Assembly (NCBI GenBank): GCA_964442785.1
Contig: CAYTZW010000003.1
Location: forward strand, 1 to 54,313
Length of the DNA stretch: 54,313 nucleotides
Direction: 5' to 3'
Source of the DNA: an uncultured Erysipelotrichaceae bacterium
Lineage (GTDB): Bacteria > Bacillota_I > Bacilli_A > RFN20 > DUOF01
The position numbers and the translations under genes were made by a program. The notes below the pieces were generated by a model. That model searched no databases and had not been told where the DNA came from. It saw nothing but the letters and a program-made list of their open reading frames with translations. The first letter of the stretch is position 1. Every line of letters begins with the position of its first letter. Of the stretch, positions 25,678-33,398 are shown in pieces.

Positions 25678-26344
25678 AAGAAAGAGAATTTTTAGAAACT
25701 TCTTTTGTTTCCATATTTAATTGTTCACTTGCATAAAATATATCGTTATCATATCTTTTTAAATACTTTTCAGGTAATTTAATTTGAGTAAATCCTGTTA
25801 AAAGGGAAATGATACTCCATTTTATTAAATTAAAAGTCATCACAGGAACAATAAAAGTTATAAAATAGGTTTTGGAACTCATATTCATTTGTTCCATTAA
25901 TTGCCAACCTGTAGTAAAGGTTTGTCTTATGTTTGAAGGAGTTATAAAAAGATAATTCAAAAGCATTAAAGATGAAGTTGTAAAAACTAAAGCAACTAAA
26001 CAACTTAAAATGTATTTTAAAATATTTGATTTTACCTTATTATCAAATATTTTTTTAGTAATAGCATAAATAGACATAAAAATCATTGAACTACAAAAAG
26101 CTGCTATTTCTCCAAATATAGTTCCTCGACCATTAAAATATCTAACAAAACTTCTGATAAAAACTACCAAACTTGTTGATTTCCAGCCTAAATACACTAC
26201 ACATATTAAAACAATTATATCGTTAGGGTCAAACTTCATATAAGGTGCTATTGGATAAGGAATTTGAATTAAAGATAAAACTATCGCTAAAGAAGAAGCC
26301 ATAGCGATAAAGGTGATTTTTTTAACTTTTTCTGCTCTATTCAT
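25670..26344 (-). CDS. ribU: ECF-transporter S component, riboflavin-specific (RibU-like)
   Basis: Six-TM small protein directly downstream of an FMN riboswitch. AGGAGG SD (26357-26352). Confidence 0.75.
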   Translation of the reverse strand: MNRAEKVKKITFIAMASSLAIVLSLIQIPYPIAPYMKFDPNDIIVLICVVYLGWKSTSLVVFIRSFVRYFNGRGTIFGEIAAFCSSMIFMSIYAITKKIFDNKVKSNILKYILSCLVALVFTTSSLMLLNYLFITPSNIRQTFTTGWQLMEQMNMSSKTYFITFIVPVMTFNLIKWSIISLLTGFTQIKLPEKYLKRYDNDIFYASEQLNMETKEVSKNSLSSK

Positions 26345-26358
26345 AAAATATCCTCCTA

Positions 26359-26388
26359 TAAAAAAATACCTAAAATCTCAGGTATCCA
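26359..26388 (-). terminator. Expression-platform terminator of the FMN riboswitch
   Basis: Minus strand has atacct/aggtat stems followed by TTTTTTT, between the aptamer and the ribU SD. Confidence 0.65.
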
Positions 26389-26402
26389 AAAAGAATATTT
26401 TA

Positions 26403-26507
26403 CATCTTCTTCTATCCAGACTTTACTGTCGCCACTAGAATTTCACTAGTTCCTGCTTTCGCTCGCGGGGTTTACCGCCGATTAGGAATTTCACCTTACC
26501 CTGAAGA
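26403..26507 (-). promoter_or_regulatory. FMN riboswitch (RFN element) aptamer
   Basis: Minus strand reads TCTTCAGGGTAAGGTGAAATTCCTAATCGGCGGTAAACCCCGCGAGCGAAAGCAGGAACTAGTGAAATTCTAGTGGCGACAGTAAAGTCTGGATAGAAGAAG. It matches the conserved RFN blocks (AGGG..GGTGAAATTCC..CGGCGGTA..CCGCGAGC..GTGAAATTC..GCGACAGT.AAGTCTGGAT..GAAGA). Confidence 0.9.
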
Positions 26508-26629
26508 TTTTTACTCTTTAATTATAGTTTGTCTTTTTTGTATTGACAACAATTATTAACAATTTACATTTAAAACTATTTTTACTTATTTACAATAAAA
26601 GTATAATATTAGTAATTAGAGGTGAGAAT

Positions 26630-26998
26630 ATGGCAACTAAAAACAATGAAAATGAAGAATTAGTTATTTTACAAAAAGCTTTTTTTAGATTAATTCGTAA
26701 GATATGCATAGCAAGAAGAAAATATCTCAATTATGAAATCAAAATAGTATCATCTGCTACCAAAATTTCTAAAGAAAAATTGGTAAATTTTGAAAATGAA
26801 ACTGCCGATTTATCTTACAATGAACTTTTAACTTTATCAAAATTCTATGCTATTACTTTAGAAACCATTTTAACTTACCTAAATTCACAAACTAACAATA
26901 AAACAAAAAAAGAAATAAAGACCAAAAATCCTAATTTAACTGAAAATCAAATAAATGAATTAGAACGATTAGTAGGTTTTACAGGGTTTAAGTTTTAG
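26630..26998 (+). CDS. XRE-family helix-turn-helix protein
   Basis: ATG 26630 follows AGAGGTGAG. HTH-like SSATKISKEKLVNFENETADLSYNELLTLSKFYAITLETIL. Confidence 0.6.
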   Translation: MATKNNENEELVILQKAFFRLIRKICIARRKYLNYEIKIVSSATKISKEKLVNFENETADLSYNELLTLSKFYAITLETILTYLNSQTNNKTKKEIKTKNPNLTENQINELERLVGFTGFKF

Positions 26999-27008
26999 AG
27001 GGTAGAAT

Positions 27009-28688
27009 ATGAAAAAGAATTACCAAGAACTAATCAATAACCCTGAAGAATTAGCCTATAAACTACTAGATAAAGAAGAAATCAATCCTTTTAAACTTGC
27101 TAAAAAACTAAATATTGATATTTATTTAATGGGTCTTTCTCATAATCTTTATTCCTTTTATACAAAAGGCGAAAAAGGAAATCCAAGCATTATCTTAAAT
27201 GGTTCAATTCCCGTTCAAAGACAAAGATACAACACTGCTTTACAAATATATTTTCATCTAACAAATTCTAACAACATTGCTTATTATAAAGATTTTCAAA
27301 AAACTGAATTAATAGACAAAGCCAAGACTTTTGCTGCTTGTTATCTTTTACCAGAAAACAAATTAAAAGAAGCAATGAAGCCTTATCTTAAAAATGGCGA
27401 AATAGATTATGAAGACATTATCTATGTTGCTAATGAACTTGGAGTATCTTTTAAAACTACCGCTTTTAGAATTTTTTACAAATTTGATAATATTAAAAAC
27501 ATTCATTCGAGTGAAGAATTAAGAGCTAAAATAGGAACTCACATAACTTATCGAGATGAAAGAAAAAGCAAAGTTCCAGATTATCAAATCACGGATTTAA
27601 AATATCTTCAACAAATGATAGATTACATTTCTCTTTTACCTGTAGAACAAATGGAAAGTATTATGAAAACTAAATTAGTTAGAGATGTTATCTATGGAGA
27701 TATTAAAACCGCTGAACAAATGGATTTAAGTATTAGCGACATTAACAAAATAATTGCAGGTTATCAAAAAAATGGTTATGTAAAAATGCCTGTTGGACGC
27801 CACAGTGAAAAAACTTTACTTCTTCAAGAATTAGTAGAAGGTCAATTAGATGCTTACGAATTTATCTTTTCTGATTTATCTAAAGTTTATGCAACAGAAG
27901 AAAATGCTAAATATATTTTAGTTCATTTACACAATCTCTTATTTGGTAAAGTTACAACTGGAAGTAGTGAATATCTAGCAGGAGAAATGGTAGATGAAAA
28001 CACTCCTGACCGTACAGTAAATTTCCTTTTTGAAATACCAAGAGGTTATCGAGTTGAAAAAGCTAAAGAAAAAGTGGAAGAAAAACTAGAAAACCTTTTA
28101 AGAGATAAAGATACTCTTACAAATAGTGAGTACATTGATAGAGCCATTGATGTCTTTTTTGAAACTTATACTTCACAATTATTCAACGACGGTAATAGCA
28201 GAGTTTCCAAAACATTATTAAATTACTTACTACATTTAAAAGGTATTCCTTCATCATTTAGTGTTGCGGATAGTATTCGAGATGAATACTTGAAAGCTAT
28301 TGCCTTATTAGGATATGACCATAGAGTTCAAAAAGGACAAGAACAAAATGACTTTAATATGCGAGTAAAAAACAAGGAAGGAAAAATCGGAGAATATCAC
28401 TTCAATAATTTTGGTTATGAATGGGTTAAGTATCCTAATGAAGAAGAAAGAGATTATGACCCTGAAATAGAAACAATAGAATATCAAGTAACTGAATTAT
28501 TTGTTCCTAAATATCTTGAAAAGATTTTAGAAGAAAAAAAGAAAAAAACAGGTTGGGAACCATATCGAGAAATAGATTACAAACCTTTACAAGCAATCAT
28601 TTACAAAGGTATTATTTCAACCTATATAGATTGTATGAAAATGCCTGCATTAGAAAAAAATGTGGAACCAAATAAAAAGCTAAGTTAA
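27009..28688 (+). CDS. Fusion protein: ImmA/IrrE-like N-domain (no HExxH) plus Fic/DOC-like C-domain with a degenerate active-site motif
   Basis: N-terminal QRQRYNTALQIYFHL...FAACYLLPENKL resembles COG2856, but HExxH reads LQIYFH. Fic motif HPFxDGNGRxxR reads QLFNDGNSRVSK (28176-28211). Confidence 0.55.
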   Translation: MKKNYQELINNPEELAYKLLDKEEINPFKLAKKLNIDIYLMGLSHNLYSFYTKGEKGNPSIILNGSIPVQRQRYNTALQIYFHLTNSNNIAYYKDFQKTELIDKAKTFAACYLLPENKLKEAMKPYLKNGEIDYEDIIYVANELGVSFKTTAFRIFYKFDNIKNIHSSEELRAKIGTHITYRDERKSKVPDYQITDLKYLQQMIDYISLLPVEQMESIMKTKLVRDVIYGDIKTAEQMDLSISDINKIIAGYQKNGYVKMPVGRHSEKTLLLQELVEGQLDAYEFIFSDLSKVYATEENAKYILVHLHNLLFGKVTTGSSEYLAGEMVDENTPDRTVNFLFEIPRGYRVEKAKEKVEEKLENLLRDKDTLTNSEYIDRAIDVFFETYTSQLFNDGNSRVSKTLLNYLLHLKGIPSSFSVADSIRDEYLKAIALLGYDHRVQKGQEQNDFNMRVKNKEGKIGEYHFNNFGYEWVKYPNEEERDYDPEIETIEYQVTELFVPKYLEKILEEKKKKTGWEPYREIDYKPLQAIIYKGIISTYIDCMKMPALEKNVEPNKKLS

Positions 28689-28773
28689 AAGGCGTTAAGA
28701 TTTTAAAATTCTAACGTCTTTTTTTTATGTCCATTATTTGATATAATGTTCCAGGAACGGAGATGATTTATAT

Positions 28774-29874
28774 ATGCCACTTACAGCAGGTATTGTAGGA
28801 CTTCCAAACGTAGGAAAATCAACTTTATTTAATGCGATTACATCATCTAAAGTTGAAGCGGCTAATTATCCTTTTGCAACTATTAATCCTAATACAGGAA
28901 CCGTTGAAGTTAGAGATGAAAGATTAGATATTTTAACTAAAATGTTTAATTCTCAAAAAACAATTCCAACAATTTTTGAATTTAAAGATATTGCAGGGCT
29001 TGTCAAAGGTGCTAGCAAAGGAGAAGGATTAGGAAATCAATTCTTATCTAACATTCGAGAAGTAGATGCTATTTGCCACGTTGTTCGTTGTTTTAAAGAT
29101 AATGATGTATTACACGTAGAAGGTTCAGTTGATTCTATAAGAGATGCTGAAATTATTAATTTGGAATTAATTATGGCTGACTTAGATTCTGTTACTAATA
29201 GAATTGATAGAATTGCTAAGAAAGCTCAAACAAAAGACAAAATAGCAGAAGAAGAATATAAAGCCTTAATGCCTATTAAAGAAGCTTTAGAGCAAGGAAG
29301 ACCCGCAAGAAGTGTTCCTTGTAATGATATTACCTATCCTTATATCAAAAATATGTTTTTATTAACTAGCAAACCTGTTATTTATGTTGCTAATATGGGT
29401 GAAGAAGATTTAACGGATTTAGATAGTAATGAAAATTATCTAAAATTAGCAAGATTAGCAGAGAAAGAGAATGCTAAAATAGTTCCTATATGTGCTAAAT
29501 TAGAAGAAGAATTGTCCGAATTATCAAAGGAAGAAAAAAATGAATTTCTTCAAGAATTAGGTTTGTCTTGTTCAGGACTTGATAATCTAATAAAAACTTC
29601 TTATGAAACATTAGGACTTCAAACTTTCTTTACTGCAGGAGAAAAAGAAAGTCGTGCTTGGACTTTCAAAAAAGGAATGAAAGCACCACAATGTGCAGGA
29701 ATTATCCATACCGATTTTGAAAAAGGTTTTATTAAAGCAGAAGTTTATAGTTTTCAAGATTTAGTAGAATGTGGTTCTGAAAATGCTTTAAAAGAAAAAG
29801 GAAAACTGCGTATTGAAGGAAAAGAATATGTTTTTCAAGACGGAGATGTAGCTCACTTTAGATTTAATGTTTAG
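28774..29874 (+). CDS. ychF: Ribosome-binding ATPase YchF
   Basis: GIVGLPNVGKSTLFNA P-loop, DIAGLV, C-terminal TGS-like domain. Confidence 0.95.
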   Translation: MPLTAGIVGLPNVGKSTLFNAITSSKVEAANYPFATINPNTGTVEVRDERLDILTKMFNSQKTIPTIFEFKDIAGLVKGASKGEGLGNQFLSNIREVDAICHVVRCFKDNDVLHVEGSVDSIRDAEIINLELIMADLDSVTNRIDRIAKKAQTKDKIAEEEYKALMPIKEALEQGRPARSVPCNDITYPYIKNMFLLTSKPVIYVANMGEEDLTDLDSNENYLKLARLAEKENAKIVPICAKLEEELSELSKEEKNEFLQELGLSCSGLDNLIKTSYETLGLQTFFTAGEKESRAWTFKKGMKAPQCAGIIHTDFEKGFIKAEVYSFQDLVECGSENALKEKGKLRIEGKEYVFQDGDVAHFRFNV

Positions 29875-29885
29875 GAGGTGTAAAT

Positions 29886-30767
29886 ATGAAGAAAAAAAGG
29901 CCTAGAATTGGACTAGTTTTAGCAGGTGGAGGAGCTAAAGGTTCTTATCAAGTTGGAGTTTGGAAAGCCCTTTGTGAATATGGACTTGATAAACAAATTG
30001 ATTGTATCGCTGCTAATTCCATAGGTTCTTTAAACACTTTAATGTTTATGCAATATACTCCTGATGAATGTATTGATATATGGAGAAATATTGATAACAA
30101 AATTGTTATGTCAAAATCTTCATTACTCACTAAAATAAAAACAAAGAGTTTATTTTCTCGAGACGGAGTAAGAAAACTTTTAGAGGAAAAAGTTGATACT
30201 GATATTTATAAAGACTTAGAAAAACCAATTTATATTACCACTACTGATGTAGATACAGGTAAAGCTTGTTATTTCAAATTAAATGGAAAAAGTCGAAAAG
30301 AAATATTTGATATTGTCCTAGCAAGTTCTGCTATACCAGGAGTTTTTGAGAATGTTAACATTGCAGGTGGTCGTTATATGGACGGACTATCTGCTAACAA
30401 TGTTCCTACCAAACCTTTACTAAATTTAGATTGTGAAATGCTTTTTGTCATTCCTTTAAATGGACAATATAAAGTTAGTGAAAAAGAATTATCTTATAAC
30501 ATTCCTATTATCAGTTTTGACTCTCCTTATACTGCTTTTGGTTTTGGAGGAGGAACGCTGTCTTTCAAAGAAGAATTTAGTTTGCTTCGAATTGACCACG
30601 GATATTATGTTGCTAAACAATTACTAGACAAGTTACGAAAAGAAGGAGTAATTGCAGTTACTAAATGGGAAAAATTCAAAAGGTTTTTTCATAAAAAGAA
30701 AATAGCTCCATTTTATGGACTTTCTAAAGAAGAAATAGAGCATAAGATTATATTTAGAAAAAAGTAA
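29886..30767 (+). CDS. Patatin-like phospholipase
   Basis: GLVLAGGGAKGSYQVG oxyanion motif. Nucleophile elbow ANSIGS (first Gly of GxSxG is Asn). Catalytic Asp in YMDGL. Confidence 0.8.
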   Translation: MKKKRPRIGLVLAGGGAKGSYQVGVWKALCEYGLDKQIDCIAANSIGSLNTLMFMQYTPDECIDIWRNIDNKIVMSKSSLLTKIKTKSLFSRDGVRKLLEEKVDTDIYKDLEKPIYITTTDVDTGKACYFKLNGKSRKEIFDIVLASSAIPGVFENVNIAGGRYMDGLSANNVPTKPLLNLDCEMLFVIPLNGQYKVSEKELSYNIPIISFDSPYTAFGFGGGTLSFKEEFSLLRIDHGYYVAKQLLDKLRKEGVIAVTKWEKFKRFFHKKKIAPFYGLSKEEIEHKIIFRKK

Positions 30768-30822
30768 TCTTATGCTTTTTTTATATCATATATTAAAATG
30801 GTGATGAACTATAAAACTTAAA

Positions 30823-31608
30823 ATTTTACTCCAATATGCTATATTAGGAATTATCCAAGGGCTAGCCGAAATAATTCCTATTTCTTCAAGTGGACACTTA
30901 TTTATCTTTCAAAAAATATTGCATATTCAAGAATTTAATTTAGCCTTAGAAATATTTTTACATTTGGCTTCTTTATTGGCACTTTTAATATTTTACCGAG
31001 AAAAGATTACTTCCATTATAAAAGGATTTTTTCTATATCCTTTAAAAAAAGAAGAAAAGTATCTTTTTTCTTTCCAAATGGGATTATATATTATTCTTGG
31101 TTCTTTACCTGCTGGAGTTTTAGGAATATTACTAAAAGATAAAATTGAAACTATATTATTAAATACTATAGGAGTAGGAATATCTTTAATTGTTACTAGT
31201 TTTCTGCTATTAATATCAAAAATTATCAAAAAGAAAAAACAAACACTAAGTTATAAAAGTGCTATCTCTATTGGCTTTTTTCAGGCAATAGGATTAATTC
31301 CGGGAATTTCAAGAAGTGGAGTTACCTTATTAGGAGTTAGACATAATGGTGTTAATGAAAAAGAAGGTGTCGATTTTGTTTTTTTACTTCTTATTCCTAT
31401 TTGTCTAGGAGCTTTCATTTTTTCATTAGATGACCTTTCTTTATTCTTTAATCAATTATATTTAATTCCTATTCTTATTTCTTTCATTTTAGCTTTTTTA
31501 TTTACCTTTATAGGACTTAAAATATTTTATAAAATTATTTTCCAAGAAAAAATGCAATATTTTGCAATTTATTGTTTTTTAATGGGAATATTAACTCTTT
31601 TCTTATAA
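30823..31608 (+). CDS. uppP: Undecaprenyl-diphosphate phosphatase (UppP/BacA); start codon unresolved
   Basis: The conserved N-terminal LGIIQGLAEIIPISSSGHL is encoded at 30844-30900, upstream of the tracked TTG 30919. The frame is open only from 30808 and has no ATG/GTG/TTG there. ATG 30804 lies in the neighbouring frame (see findings). Confidence 0.8.
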   Translation: MLLQYAILGIIQGLAEIIPISSSGHLFIFQKILHIQEFNLALEIFLHLASLLALLIFYREKITSIIKGFFLYPLKKEEKYLFSFQMGLYIILGSLPAGVLGILLKDKIETILLNTIGVGISLIVTSFLLLISKIIKKKKQTLSYKSAISIGFFQAIGLIPGISRSGVTLLGVRHNGVNEKEGVDFVFLLLIPICLGAFIFSLDDLSLFFNQLYLIPILISFILAFLFTFIGLKIFYKIIFQEKMQYFAIYCFLMGILTLFL

Positions 31609-32045
31609 AAGTATAAAGATATGATAGAAGCAATAAAACAGCCCCAGAAATTAAAAAAGATGTCTTCGTATGAGAAAGTATGATAAATAAACTTTTTATT
31701 TAAAAGGAACAAATATTCTTGTGATAATTCAATAAAAAAAGGAATTAAAAAAGATAAAAGAAGTAAAAGAAAATGATTTTTAATTTTAAAAAGAAAAACT
31801 AAATAAAAACCTAAAGGCATTAAAAAAATAAAATTTAATTTTTGATGTTTTCCAAAATGAAGCAATGTTTTTACAGAAAGAGTAATCGTTGGTAAAGACC
31901 AAAAAGCTAACCTAAAAAACCAACAAAGATAAAAGATAAAAGACGCTATTAATAAACAAGTTTTTATTTTCATTTTTCCTAATAAAAAACAGATAAAAGA
32001 AAACAAAGCAAATAATAAAGAAAAAACACCAAAATTAAAGTACAT
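31569..32045 (-). CDS. VanZ-like membrane protein
   Basis: 4-5 TM. C-terminal ELSQ...YEDIFFNFWGCFIA resembles the VanZ motif. Its 3' end overlaps convergent uppP by 40 nt. Confidence 0.4.
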   Translation of the reverse strand: MYFNFGVFSLLFALFSFICFLLGKMKIKTCLLIASFIFYLCWFFRLAFWSLPTITLSVKTLLHFGKHQKLNFIFLMPLGFYLVFLFKIKNHFLLLLLSFLIPFFIELSQEYLFLLNKKFIYHTFSYEDIFFNFWGCFIASIISLYFYKKRVNIPIKKQ

Positions 32046-32121
32046 AATATAGTCTCCTTTTAAAAAAAGTGCTATTATATTATAGGTGAAAGAGAAAAAA
32101 TCTATACCAAAAGGAGTTATT

Positions 32122-32787
32122 ATGATTATTGAAAAGAATTGGCAAGAAATATTAACGGAAGAATTTGAAAAACCTTATTTCAAAGAACTTAAAAAGAAAG
32201 TCGATTATGCTTACAAAACCGATAAAGTCTATCCTGAATATAAAGATATTTTTAAATGTTTTAAAATGACAAGATTAGAAAATGTTAAAGTTGTTATCAT
32301 TGGACAAGACCCTTATCATCAACAAGGACAAGCACACGGTTTATGTTTTTCTGTTAATTCAGGAGTTAAAATTCCTCCTAGTTTGGTAAATATTTATAAA
32401 GAAATTGAAAGTGATTTAGGAGTAAAAATGAAAAATGACGGCAATTTAGAATATTTAGCAAAACAAGGTGTTTTTCTTCTTAATGCTCTGTTAACCGTTA
32501 AAGATAGTCGTCCTATGTCTTTTGCAAATCAAGGCTGGGAAATCTTTAATCAAAGAATAATCGAAGTTTTAAATGAAGATGACCGCCCAAAAGTATTTTT
32601 ACTATGGGGAGCAAAAGCTAAGGAAAAAGCTCAATATATTACTAATCCACATCATTTAGTTTTAACCGCTAATCACCCTTCTCCTTTATCAGCTTTTCGT
32701 GGTTTCTTTGGCTGTAAACATTTTTCTAAAACAAATCAATTTTTAATTGAAAACAATTTAAAACCTATTAAATGGGATAATAATTAA
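32122..32787 (+). CDS. ung: Uracil-DNA glycosylase
   Basis: VVIIGQDPYH, GQAHGLCFSV, LLLNALLTV, HPSPLSA. ATG 32122 follows AAAGGAG. Confidence 0.95.
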   Translation: MIIEKNWQEILTEEFEKPYFKELKKKVDYAYKTDKVYPEYKDIFKCFKMTRLENVKVVIIGQDPYHQQGQAHGLCFSVNSGVKIPPSLVNIYKEIESDLGVKMKNDGNLEYLAKQGVFLLNALLTVKDSRPMSFANQGWEIFNQRIIEVLNEDDRPKVFLLWGAKAKEKAQYITNPHHLVLTANHPSPLSAFRGFFGCKHFSKTNQFLIENNLKPIKWDNN

Positions 32788-32853
32788 TTTTTTGTTTCTA
32801 TTGTTTAAAGTTAATTAAAATGATAGTATTAGCAAAAAAGTAGGTTGAAAAAA

Positions 32854-33291
32854 ATGGAAATTTATAAAGGAAAATATTTTGAAGTTGTTTTTTGTGATTG
32901 GTGTCAAGATTTTTTAGGACAATGTATAATTTCAGGTAAAAAACAATCTCTTTTTGATATGGAACCTGAAGAATGGTTAGAATTAGCAAAATTAGAAAAT
33001 GAACTGGAAAGAATTTGTAAAAAATTATTCAATGCAACAATGTTTAATTTTTGTTGTTTAATGAATCAAGCATACAAGAACAATATACAACCTCACGTTC
33101 ATTATTGGTTATATCCTCGATATAGGGAAAAAGTAAATATATTTGGTAAGGAGTTTGAGGATATTCATTTTGGGTATAACTTTTGGAAATGGAATGATAA
33201 TAAAGAATTATGTCAAAAAGATATTTTTACTAAAGAAGAAAAAGAAAAAATATTTAATATGATAAAAAATGAATGGTCTATATACAATTAA
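32854..33291 (+). CDS. HIT-like domain protein
   Basis: QPHVHYWLYPRY resembles the histidine-triad HxHxHxx motif, with the third His replaced by Trp. Confidence 0.45.
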   Translation: MEIYKGKYFEVVFCDWCQDFLGQCIISGKKQSLFDMEPEEWLELAKLENELERICKKLFNATMFNFCCLMNQAYKNNIQPHVHYWLYPRYREKVNIFGKEFEDIHFGYNFWKWNDNKELCQKDIFTKEEKEKIFNMIKNEWSIYN

Positions 33292-33398
33292 ACATCTTTT
33301 AACCTTATAAAATATTAAGTATTTGTTTTTTGAACTTTTTGTTTTATAAAATATAATTTTATACTATAATATGAGAAAATAATAGCTGGTGATAAAGA

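Noticed and set aside
29886-30767. Patatin-like phospholipase as a CBASS or other defence effector
   Set aside because: There is no CD-NTase/cyclase, SAVED or other signalling gene nearby. It sits between ychF and uppP in a housekeeping context.
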